Shown here: positions 1-10,564 of the stretch, piece after piece
How positions within the stretch are numbered: position 1 is the stretch's first letter
Layout of the letters: every line of letters begins with the position of its first letter
NCBI RefSeq assembly: GCF_006345805.1
Contig: NC_043000.1
Coordinates: 49,166,001 to 49,230,000, forward strand
DNA length: 64,000 bases
Origin: Octopus sinensis
Taxonomy: Eukaryota
Direction of reading: 5' to 3'
Notes under the pieces: model-generated
Seen by the model: only the letters and a program-made list of their open reading frames with translations
Databases searched by the model: none
Told to the model about the DNA's origin: nothing
Program-made: the position numbers and the translations under genes

Positions 1-420
<420 letters not shown>

Positions 421-560
421 TTGTGTCCTTGACCAACACACTTTATTTCACGTTGCTCTAGCTCACTCATCTGGTGAAAATGAGTGTTACCTGTATTTCA
501 AAGGGCCAGGCTCGTCACATTCTGTGTCAGGCTGAATCTTCCAGAGAACTACGTTAAAGA
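421..560 (+). mobile_element. SINE family C, 5'-truncated copy
   Basis: ttgtgtccttgaccaacacactttatttcacgttgctctagctcactcatctggtgaaaatgagt matches the body of the copies at 698-910 and 1078-1250; the tRNA head is missing. Confidence 0.75.
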
Positions 561-697
561 TCCGCCTGTCTGTGCTCAACTATAGACAGATACAATGCTA
601 TACGGAATATTTTATTTCAAAATAAGAAATCTGTGTTTATCTACGCGCGCACACACACACAGACATACACGCGCGTGTGTGTGTGTATTTGTGTGTA

Positions 698-910
698 CAT
701 GACTAAGTGGTTAGAGTATTGGATTCATGATTGTAAGATTGTAGTTTCGATTCCTGGGCCGGACGATACATTATGTTCTTGAGCAAAACATTTCTATTTC
801 ACATTGCTCCAGTTCAATCAGATAGCAAAAATGAGTAATCCTGCAACGGATCGGCGTCCTGTCCAGTACAGAATATAGATATCGCAACAGAATCCGGAAA
901 ACGGGCCTTA
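698..910 (+). mobile_element. tRNA-derived SINE family C
   Basis: A-box-like tgactaagtggttag and B-box-like gtttcgattcc, followed by the shared body ttatgttcttgagcaaaacat...ttgctccagttcaatcag...aaaaatgagta. Confidence 0.75.
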
Positions 911-1077
911 ATCCTTTTTGTCTGTGTGTGTATCCTTCCTGTCTAAAGATAATAGAATGAGAGTTTAATGAGACGGAGTTCTGATTTCTAAACGATCGAG
1001 CAACCTCCTAAATATTGGCTTGTTGGTTCATGCTCATGCTTATTTTCTTGTTAGTATTCGCATTGTTGGTGATTGTG

Positions 1078-1251
1078 AAGGCGCATGGCTTAGTAGTGTG
1101 GGATTTGGCTTATGATCGTAAGGTCGTGAGTTCAATTCCCGGCGGCACGTTGTGTCTTTGAGCAAAACAATTTATTTCAAGTTGTTCCAGTTCACCCAGC
1201 TGATGAAAATGAGTAATACTTGTCACGCTGAATCGCCCTGAGAACTACGTT
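1078..1251 (+). mobile_element. tRNA-derived SINE family C
   Basis: ggcgcatggcttagtag (A box), gagttcaattccc (B box) and the same body as 421-560 and 698-910. Confidence 0.8.
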
Positions 1252-2398
1252 GTGTGTCTGTGTGTCTGTGTGTCATTGGAGTGCTCGACCACTGGCGCGT
1301 TAATTTCACGGGCAGCCTGTTCTTTGATCGGATCGACCGGAACCCTTGTCATCGTAACCGACAAAGTGCCAGTGTTTTTTTTATGTTTGTTTGTTTTTTT
1401 GGTTTTTTTTATGTTTGTTTGTTTTTTGTTTTTTGTTTTTGGTTGGTGATGCTGGTAGCGCAAAAAACTTAAACCAAGCAACCATTTTTATATAACTACT
1501 AACTGTATTTATGAAAATGTCATTAGTCCACTATATTATTTCCTTATCAGTTTTATACTGTTTTTTTTTAGCTCAGCAAAAATGCTTTATATTTTAAATA
1601 TATTCGAAATATATAATTATTTTTTTATTTAAAAAGAAACATTATCTGTGATGTTCTTCTTTTATGTAATATTTTAACAACGTTCGGGAATTAACTTCTT
1701 AGATAATGGAATACAATTTATTTGATATTATTTTAATTCACTTTCATTAACTTGAAATTTCCGATATCGATACTGTTATATTGTATGTAAAACTTCCTAA
1801 ATGTCTTTACACAAAGCGCTGCAGCTAATATAATTTTTTAGGAGAGTTATTATATTAGCTATCATACAAATGCAAATATGTGGATGGATTTGGTGTGATG
1901 CTGAAATGAAAGTTGTCTACTTTACTGTCCTTATCTATAAAATACTTCCTTCATGCTTTGTTCTTTTTCATTTTTATTTTAATTCCCGTTCACTCGTTGG
2001 TATTTAATATCATTCCCAATAAATAAATTGACGTATTTCTGAAAATAAAGTAGAGTTTTCGTAGAGTTAATAACTTAGTTGCATCATTTAGATAAATGGA
2101 ATTGTCATCGTAATGATTACGTAGTCTATTACAGTTCCTTCTTCTTACCGAAAACAAGTGTGCGTTCGATTTTCTAGAGAATAAGATACGTCATTGTAAT
2201 AAAAAGCAGATTTTTCTTGTTGAAATACAGCATTACTAGAGTGTAATTATTATAAACTGTTCTAAAGAGAATACTTTATATTTATTCTAATTCGTATTCA
2301 TATTCTCCTCGCTTTTCTCTATTGGGACATAAAAATCGTTAAGGGAATAATATTGTTAATATTTAATTAATTAAAATTATTTTTTTTTTCTTTTGTTA

Positions 2399-2575
2399 TG
2401 GCAACGAGCTGGCAGTAACGCAAGCACGCCAGACAAAACTTATGGGCGTTATCCCTGTTCTGAGATCTAATTCTTCCACATTCGACTTTCTTTTGGAGGG
2501 GAGTGATCTATAAAATAACGGATTAGCTTTTGGGTCAATGTAATCGATGAGCCCTCTCCGCACAACAAATTTATA
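2399..2575 (+). mobile_element. Old, diverged SINE family B copy
   Basis: ggcaacgagctggcagtaacg...gttctgagatctaattc...ttcgacttt...gggtcaatgtaatcgat aligns with the young copies at 4294 and 31751. It accounts for the minus-strand 62-aa ORF. Confidence 0.7.
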
Positions 2576-3009
2576 ACCATCCATTTCTTTTATAATTATC
2601 CATTTTCTTAATAACCACCCATTTCTTATGGGTATCTAGGACCACATTATCACGTGTTCTTCTTCTGTTGAAAATGATAGTAGTAGAGGGATTTGCACCC
2701 CGAACGAAGACTTAAAAATTCTTTCATTGACTCGAAGGGAAGAATTTCTGTTGCTACGTGCCTAGATATTCATAGAGTGATGTTAATGTAATTTTAGTTT
2801 ATATCTCTATTCATATTGCTTAGAATTCAAAATTCATAAATTCTGTATTAGACACGAGAAGTGTTTATGAGAGAAACCGCTAATACTCACTTTGCCCTAT
2901 TGGTGGTTCCAAAACTAAATGTTCTCTAAAATAAAATAAATTCATACTTTCAGTCCAGTATTTCGATTATTTCCCTTTATTCCGTGTCAAGTATAAATTT
3001 AACTGTACT

Positions 3010-3412
3010 GAGCAGGCATGGCTGCACAAGTAGAGAAGTGCTCGCTTTCCATTCGAGCACTTCGAGTCCTGTCCTACTGCACGACATCCTGGGCAATTTC
3101 TGTCATCGCACCGATCTGACTAATGACCGAACTCTGTAGAGAGTTTGAATAAAGCTCCGTAGTATGTGTGTGTGTGGGCGCGTGCGCGTGCATGCGTATG
3201 AATGAATGGATGTATGAATGAACTGTGTTTTTATGTTTATCTTCCCTTCACGTTTAGCGACTGATGTTAGTGTATTTTTGTTCCCGTAGCTTAGCGCTTC
3301 TGTAAAAGAGACCGATAGAATAAGCACCAACTTTCAGTACTGGGGTCGATTTCCTTGACTAAACTTTCACGGCGGGGCTTCCAACACGGTGGCAATCCAT
3401 TGACAGAAATAA
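3010..3412 (+). mobile_element. Old SINE family A copy (head, internal GT/GC microsatellite, 3' module)
   Basis: Head gagcaggcatggctg...gtcctgtcctactgc...cctgggcaat; 3' module aaaagagaccgatagaataagcacc...ctggggtcgattt, as in 21885-22290. Confidence 0.65.
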
Positions 3413-3414
3413 CA

Positions 3415-3508
3415 GTGTGTGTGTGTGTGTCAGTGTGTGTGTGTGTGTGTGTGTGTGTGTCTGTGTATGTGTGTGTCTGTGTGTCTGTGTGTCTGTGTCT
3501 GTGTGTGT
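3415..3508. repeat. (GT)n/(GTCT) compound microsatellite
   Basis: Direct reading. Confidence 0.95.
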
Positions 3509-3510
3509 TT

Positions 3511-3630
3511 TAGGCGCAGGCGTGGTTGTGTGGTAAGAAGTTTATTTCTCAACCACATTTTTCCAAGTTCAGTCCCGCTACGTAGCACCTAACGAGTGGA
3601 TTTGGTAGAGGGAAACTGAAAGAAGCCCGT
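3511..3630 (+). mobile_element. SINE family A 5' half, internally deleted and joined directly to mariner coding sequence
   Basis: taggcgcaggcgtggttgtgtggtaagaag...gttcagtccc...gagtggatttggtagagggaaactgaaagaagcccgt matches the head of 21885-22290 but lacks its central ~45 bp. Confidence 0.85.
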
Positions 3631-4143
3631 TCGAAAAGGATGTAAAGCATCTGAAACTGCTCGCAATATCAACAAAACGTTTGTTAAGGAAATGACCAGT
3701 GAGTGTTCAGCTCGAAATTGATTTAAACGATTTCGCAGTGGCGACCTGAGCCTTGAACATCGTGAGCATAGTAGACTGCCATCTGTCATCGATAACGGTC
3801 ATTTAAAGACCCACATTGAGAAAGATCTACGTAAAATCACTCGAAAACTAGCAAATGAACTTCAAGTTAGCCAGAAAATTGCCTGTAACTACTTGCATGC
3901 GATCGGAAAATAAAAAAATGGGTACCGCATGATTTGAATGAACATTAGAAAATGCGCAGATATGAAATTTGCTCGTCGCTTCTTCTTCGCAACCAGACCA
4001 ATCCATTTCTCGACCGTATTATAACTTGCGATGAAAAGTGGATTCTGTACAATAATAAAAAAAATGTTCTTCGCAGTGGCTGTACCAACATGAAGCACCG
4101 AAAACCTTCCCTAAATCTGAGCGCTTCAGAAAGAAGTTTATGG

Positions 4144-4293
4144 CAACTGGTCGGGGGATCACTCGGCTCGTCCGTCGATGAAGAGCGCGGCTATCCGCGT
4201 GAACTGATGCGAATTGCAGGACTCATTGAACATCGACACCTCGAACGCACATTGCGGTCCCGGGATCCCATCGTCCCGGGGCCCCGTCCGAGT
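4144..4293 (+). rRNA. 5.8S rRNA-derived sequence: near full-length retroposed pseudogene without ITS1/ITS2 flanks
   Basis: Contains the conserved 5.8S blocks GGATCACTCGGCTCG, GTCGATGAAGA, GAATTGCAGGAC, CATCGACAC.TCGAACGCAC and the GC-rich 3' hairpin. Stems: gtcgatg (4174-4180)/catcgac (4231-4237), cgcgg (4186-4190)/ccgcg (4195-4199), cccggga (4259-4265)/tcccggg (4274-4280). About 150 nt long. Confidence 0.93.
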
Positions 4294-4526
4294 AAGGCGG
4301 CGAGCTGGCAGAAACGTTAGCACCCCAGACGAAATGCTTAGCAGTATTTCGTCTGCGGCTACGTTCTGAGTTCAAATTCCGCCGAGGTCGACTTTGCCTT
4401 TCATCCTTTCGGAGTCGATTAAATAAGTACCAATTACGCACTGGGGTCGATGTAATCAACTTAATCCCATCGCCTGTCCTTGTTTGTTCCCTCTATGTTT
4501 AGCCCCTTGTGGGCAATAAAGAAATA
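4294..4526 (+). mobile_element. Full-length tRNA-derived SINE family B (tail type X)
   Basis: Starts aaggcggcgagctggcagaaacgttagc, has B box gagttcaaattcc and ends gtttagccccttgtgggcaataaagaaata. Colinear with 31751-31981, roughly 90% identical by eye. Confidence 0.93.
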
Positions 4527-5474
4527 AGAAAGGTTATGGTGACTGTTTAGTGATGAACTGCTGGGATCATCCACTATAACTTCTTAAGACCCGGCAAAAA
4601 CAGTACTGCAGTAACATATTGTCATGAAATTGCCAAAATGAACGAAAAACTAATACTCCTCCGTCCCATACTGCTCAACAAAAGAGGACTAATCAGTCAA
4701 TGTGACAATGTTCGACCACACGTTTCACTAATGGCGCTCCAGAAGTTGAGGGAACTTGGCCATGAAGTTCTTTCCCAGTCAGCTTATTTCCCAGCCCTTT
4801 CTTCTACCAACCACCAATCTTTCAAGCACCTTGATGGTTTCCTGCGAGCGTAGGAGTTCAAAAAATCAAACCTATGCTGAAAGTGCGTCGAAAGAGTTCA
4901 TCAACCCCAGAACTCCAGAATTATATGTTACAGGAATAAACAAACTTGTTACTCGTTGGCAAAAATGAGTTGATTTTAAGGGTACTTACTTTGACGAATA
5001 AAATTCCCGCATTATTGAAACATGTTGCTCACTTTTTACTCAGCCTGACAGCTCAGTAGAATAAATCGATGTTATTTTCTGATCATGGCTCAGTGAAACA
5101 GAAAGCTAAGCCCACAGGATATGAACTAAGAACGCACAACAACGTAACTAAGAGCCACAAATTGGTTTGTACATTAATCTATTTGTTTGCCATTCAGCTC
5201 AATATTTTCAACTAATTTGTAAATTTAAGAGAGCAATATATACTGTTCCAAAATATAATGGTATGTAAATCAATTAATAGTGCCGATTTTGCATATTATT
5301 TTACATTTAAAATACATTGTTATATGAATACCCAAAGCATTCATATTGTAATTCTATGCCAAATTACAAACCATATTTTACTGTAAATATATGTGTTTAG
5401 TATAGTATGTATGACATTTCTTTGTTGGAAATCGATCCCATGATATACAGTGTAGCCAGAGAACTTACATGTAT

Positions 5475-5532
5475 GTGCGCACACACACACATGCACACAT
5501 ACACACAAACACACAAAACATATACATACATA

Positions 5533-5568
<36 letters not shown>

Positions 5569-5603
5569 TGTATGTATGTATGTATGTATGTATGTATGTA
5601 TGT
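5475..5603. repeat. (CA)/(TA)/(TATG) compound microsatellite
   Basis: Direct reading. Confidence 0.92.
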
Positions 5604-5899
5604 GTATAAGGAAAATAAGACAATATAGAAAATGCTAAAATAATTTTGTCATGAAAAACATTTTACTAAAAACTGGTACTAGAACCGGTACTAAAATGTT
5701 CTTCATGATAAAATCATTTTCGCATTTTCTACCTTGTCTTATTTTCCTTACATAAAACAATTTCTCACCGAACAAACACACAGATGATTTGATTATAGTG
5801 ATCAAATATTTGTGTAGATATATGCTCACTACCTCAATCAGATCGACATTACCTGTACAAGTGCGGCGGATGCCAGTTGTAAGATGCTGAAACGACTGT

Positions 5900-6020
5900 A
5901 GAGCAATGTGAACTGAAATGCTTTACTCAAGAACAAAACGCAACGCCCGGTCTGAGAATCGAACCCACGATCTCGCAATCGTGAGTGCAACACCTTAACT
6001 ATCAAGCCATCCACCTTCAC
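5900..6020 (-). mobile_element. SINE family C copy
   Basis: The reverse complement is gaaggtggatggcttgatagttaagg...gggttcgattctc...ttttgttcttgagtaaagcatttcagttcacattgctc (A box, B box, family C body). Confidence 0.75.
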
Positions 6021-6088
6021 ACGCACACACACACACACACACATATGTATGTATATATGTATATATACATATATATATATATACACAC

Positions 6089-6232
6089 TTTGGCGTTAGG
6101 AAGGGCATCTAGCTGTAGAAACACTGCCAGGTCAGACTGGGCTTGGCGCAGCCTCCTGGCTTCCCAGACCCCAGTTGAACCGTCCAACCCATGCTAGCAT
6201 GGAAAACGGACGTTAAATGATGATGATGATGA
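6089..6232 (+). mobile_element. 3' end of a SINE/LINE terminating in (GAT)n
   Basis: ttggcgttaggaagggcatctagctgtagaaac...gaaccgtccaacccatgctagcatggaaaacggacgttaaatgatgatgatgat has a retroposon-type simple-repeat tail; family not assigned. Confidence 0.6.
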
Positions 6233-7334
6233 TACACACACACACACTCACACACACACTCACTCACACACACACACACACTCACCAATAAAGTATCTAA
6301 ATGTATATTGGTCCGCATAAGTTACCTCCCTTATCCGATTTTAATGATGAATATGTAAATTTCAACTGCCAAGTATATTTGTAACATTTTGCAACTTCAG
6401 AATTTGTTTCCTCCACTATCTAGCAGGTTTTGTATTGGATATATTTTGTTAATGAGGTCAAGAAACACCGAAACATGTCTGTAGCTCTAATTCTTTGCCT
6501 CAAAAATGATCGAATTTTCCCACCAACATGAAAATTCTTTTCTATTAAATTAATTTCTGAAGATTATCTCTCCTTTCATTTGAAGACGCATAATTGCCGA
6601 TACGTCTTTGTTTTCTTCCGCAATCTAAGAAGCTAATTACATTTCATCAGGAAATATTTGTGCACATCATTCAATACATTGCATTATTTATCAACCTTTA
6701 CATGTAAATATGGGTGTTTGTGTACATATGTTCTGCGTATCTCGCTGTCTAAATAAGAAATAGTTTTTCTTTCAAACATAGGAAACACATGAATATGTTT
6801 GAGTTTACTCGTTTTATTAGGCAGTTGTCATATTTTCTTAGTCTTTTATACTTAGTAATAATTGATTATTCCTGAATACAATAACGTTTCAAGATATTAT
6901 CGGATTCATCAGTTAGATGAAATGAAAGTAGCATTGACGCGTTGTTAATGAACACTGCAGTTGGTTGCAAAGCACCATAGGAATTCTATTACACAGATAA
7001 AAATCTTCAAGCCAAATTTCAAATTGATCAAAGGTTAACTCCTGGTAGATTTTTATGGTTTAACGATAATGTGTAATAAATGTGTATTGATTTTTTTTAT
7101 TTCGTTTTGGCTATTAATTTACGTTCTAAAGTTAGCCTTGATTTTTCTATTCTAAAAAGGACAGTAGTGCTGTCAACTGGGGTGTTTTCTATGATAAATT
7201 TATTTCTTTTTCTATAGTATAGTGTGCTGCAATAGCCCTTACTTGGAAACCTGGTTTCAACGAATGAGGTAGTATCGCATTTGCATGTTCGAGATAACTG
7301 GTTTAGATAATTATTTTATGTTTAAAACATACGT

Positions 7335-7363
7335 TTGTGTGTGTGTGTGGTGTGTGTGTGTGT

Positions 7364-7411
<48 letters not shown>

Positions 7412-7424
7412 TGTGTGTGTGTGT
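7335..7424. repeat. (GT)n microsatellite
   Basis: Direct reading. Confidence 0.95.
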
Positions 7425-7920
7425 GATTTAAAATTGCAAGGTGAATGCAAGCACAAAGAATTTATCTAGATATTCACTTTCTGGTTCAGTAAACTATTAG
7501 TACTTAACGTTTTCATTTACACTTTAAATTATGAACGTATATTGTTTGTTAGCTCTTAAATTTGTCTTCAAAATAATTAATCTACATTTCCAACTTCTAG
7601 CCCATTTCCTGCCTGTCGTTGTTTATACTGAGTTATGTAGAAAGCATTTAATACAAGAAATAAAAGGATATTCCAGTTTTGTATGAACGTCTTTAACAAA
7701 AACTATGAGGACTAGCGACATCTATGGCAGGGTTTTAATACCTTTTTCTTATTTCAGATATGCATTTGCGGTCTAAAAGCTAAAGAAATTGTTAAACTCG
7801 GCGTAGAGAAATAATTAATCAAAAGCGAATGGTTACATACATGCATGATTGTATGTGTGCGTGTCTGTGTGCGCACGCGTGTGTGTATGTGTATGTGTAA
7901 CCTACGTACACATACATTGT

Positions 7921-8124
7921 TTCTACTACAAACAACAAAGTCTGAAATCTTGGGGCAAGGGACGTTGACCGAATTCACCTTAAGTATTCAACCGGTACTT
8001 ATTTTATCAACCACAAGAGGATGAAAGGCGAAATTGACTTCGGGAGGATTTGAAACAGGCACGTAAAGCTGGAAGAAATGGCGTTAGGTCCGGCGTACTA
8101 ACGATTCTGCCATCTGGCCGCCTT
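7921..8124 (-). mobile_element. SINE family B, diverged (tail type Z)
   Basis: Carries ggtacttattttatc...ggatgaaaggcgaaattgacttcg...ctaacgattctgccatctggccgcctt, the reverse complement of the family B head and body. Confidence 0.8.
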
Positions 8125-8434
8125 GTCTACACACACACACACTAATAGAAAGAGAGAACGAGAGAGAGATTATAGTGAGTAAAAGCGAGAGAGCGAGATA
8201 GCCAATGTACATTACAAGGACTTAGCCTACTTATTGATAGAATGTTTACACAAGTTATATTGGGGAAAAAGAAAAACACTGAAGATTTCCGATTACGATA
8301 TAGCTTCGATATACGATGAAACTTTCCCTGATATCACATGCTTTGTGAGAAACAGAAAACTTCATAACTCCTATCCTTTTTTCAATCATCCTTTAAGCTT
8401 GATATTATCATGCAACAAATATTGATTTCTAACA

Positions 8435-8625
8435 TAGGCACACGACCATGCATTTGAGGAAAGAAGAGAATTGGATTATATTGATGACTGTTCTTTACTG
8501 GTCTTTACTGTATTGACCACAGAAAAATTAATGTAAAGTAGACTTCGATAATAAGAAAGCTCAAAACGCGAAAACATGGCAAAGTATTTGTTCTGATGAA
8601 ATGCCGGTTTTACCATCTTCCGACA
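8435..8625 (-). mobile_element. Old SINE family B copy
   Basis: Degenerate match: ataggcacacgacc...ctggtctttactgtattgaccacagaaaa...gtaaagtagacttcg. Confidence 0.5.
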
Positions 8626-9274
8626 TGAAAATTGACAAAATATTTGATACATTGGAGAAGGAATTTGTTTAAACTTTAAGGAATGACAATTTATAAACGT
8701 AAACGTAAAGCAGATTTAACAAGGTTGGTATGAGGTAATGTGAGAATACGTATTCCCAGTACGTATTATTCTTTTAAAGGCTGGTATTTATTCCATCCTG
8801 ACGATGAGTATTCAAATATTCAGTCAACTAAAGTTGTGATCATTGTGTTAGCGTATAACTGGGTGAGTATTTCTCAGGCCTCTCTACTCTTAATGAAATC
8901 GAGTGAAATCAGCTGGGCGGGGCTGGACCTTGAAATTACAAGTAAAATCCAACCGACCAGCTTCTACACAGTTTATGCCAGTCCAATTTCATTGAGAAAA
9001 TATGGATTGATTGGAAGCTATAGAAAATAAAACTATTTTCTATAGCTTCCCAAGGTGCCATACGGTGGAAACAAAACTGTGACTAGCCGATTGTGAAGCG
9101 CGTATTTCTTAACCCCTTCAGTCATAATGTGCCTATGTCTGTCTGTCTGTATATGTGTGTGGGTACGCGCGCGAGCGTGTGTGGATGGATGGATGGAAAA
9201 TTTCAAGCTATCGTGCCACAGCCGTTCCTCAACCAGAAAAGAAATGACCTAGGTGGATTGCATTTCGACGGTTA

Positions 9275-9652
9275 TCTCTCTCTATATAAACGGCAGTTTG
9301 TCTGTGCGTTTTCTGTGTGTCTGTTTTCTCGTACCCTCACCCTGACCACGGCTTTCAACCGATTCTGATGAAACTTGACACACACATAGCCCAATGTCAT
9401 AATTCAAAACTAACGCAGCGAAAATTTTGAAAAGTTCCCCGTTCTGAAAAAAATCGATAAATTCGACATGGGGTCGAGAATCAGAACCCAAACCACAGAC
9501 CGTCTAGGGGACGCAACTCCACCTTTTTAACTCTCAAAAAAAATTTACCATCATTTTTTTCCATTTTTTTTCTATTTTTGGCTATAACTCTCTAAAAATG
9601 CTTTATAGTTATTTCCCTTACAAACCTGAGCAACGCCGGGCGATACTGCTAG
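9275..9652 (+). mobile_element. Non-autonomous Helitron, complete, 378 bp
   Basis: 5' TC terminus (tctctctctatataaa) after A9274, subterminal hairpin cctgagcaacgccggg (9625-9640), 3' CTAG (9649-9652) followed by T9653. Insertion between A and T with no TSD is the canonical Helitron signature. Confidence 0.85.
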
Positions 9653-10502
9653 TATTCAATAAAAGTAAAGTATCGTTTTATGTACACATTAGCATGATAG
9701 CAAATAAGTCTGGTAAGATAGATTCTGTGATCATTTAGTACAAGTGAGTAGCAAACAACACTGCTTTTGCAGAACATTTGTCCCTTGTCACTATGGTCAC
9801 CAAAGCAAATCTAGAAAGAGCCCACTGATGTTACAGTGACAAGTCTGCTTCAATGCAGCAGCTGAGATACTGAGAGCGCTTGGTAGTACTAAAGTTCTAT
9901 TCCCCGGAATGAAAACTGGAATGCTATACAGTAATATAGACATGGAAAATCCCTGAGGAGGATAACGCCAGCCTTCTTTATGAGGGGCTCTACCAATACC
10001 CGAACTATACCAATCACCACAGATTTTCAAAATATTGTCGAAGAACTTGAGAAATCTATATGGAGAGAAATTTATTTACTCTAGATATATTTTGATACTT
10101 TAATATCAGTGACGCCAGATAGACTGACGTCACGGCATGAAAAGCAAGGAATGGTAGTGGAATCTTAATTGATAGGAAACGGCATCAATTGTATAGATGG
10201 TGCACCAGCTTGTGTGTAGCGCTGGGTCTGCAACTAATAAAAGAATAAACAAACTATATATGCGTGCGTATGTATGTGCGTGCGTGTGTGTGTGTATGTG
10301 TGTGTGTATGTGTCTGTGAGAGCGTGAATATACACAGAGAGGATTCTGTCCAGTTTTCATTTAATAGATACTTCTCATATCAGATTGGCCAGCTCGAAGC
10401 TATACGTGGCATTTAACCAACGCACGCACTCAGTAAAATCGAACCCAAAGTGGTTGCAAAGCTAATTTTCTTTTTTGCGTACATTATTTTCATAAGTACT
10501 TT

Positions 10503-10505
<3 letters not shown>

Positions 10506-10557
<52 letters not shown>

Positions 10558-10564
10558 AAGAGAG
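10506..10564. repeat. (GA)n microsatellite
   Basis: Direct reading. Confidence 0.95.

Larger units (their letters stand above)
3631..5050 (+). mobile_element. Mariner transposase pseudogene (5' end missing), interrupted by the 5.8S-SINE insertion at about 4144-4526
   Basis: Reads ..KASETARNINKTF..FKRFRSGDLSLE..WVPHDL..FLDRIITCDEKWILYNN.. before the insertion and KVMVTV..GIIHYNFL..CDNVRPH..LQKLRELGHEVL..FKHLD..GINKLVTRWQK*VDFKGTYFDE* after it. Multiple stops and frameshifts. Confidence 0.92.

Noticed and set aside
2396-2584. 62-aa minus-strand ORF ending before an A-rich tract (possible retrocopy)
   Set aside because: It is the antisense of an old SINE B copy.
4144-4293. Interpretation as part of a functional rDNA unit
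   Set aside because: No 18S, 28S or ITS sequence on either side; it is embedded in a mariner pseudogene.
3952-4320. 122-aa ORF
   Set aside because: Chance read-through of mariner sequence into the 5.8S copy and SINE head; not a gene.
6880-6914. Minus-strand CTGATGA...GAAAC spacing resembling a second hammerhead
   Set aside because: Stem II and stem I do not pair convincingly.
9780-10200. GC-elevated stretch possibly from a LINE endonuclease region
   Set aside because: No diagnostic APE or RT motif could be recovered in any frame.
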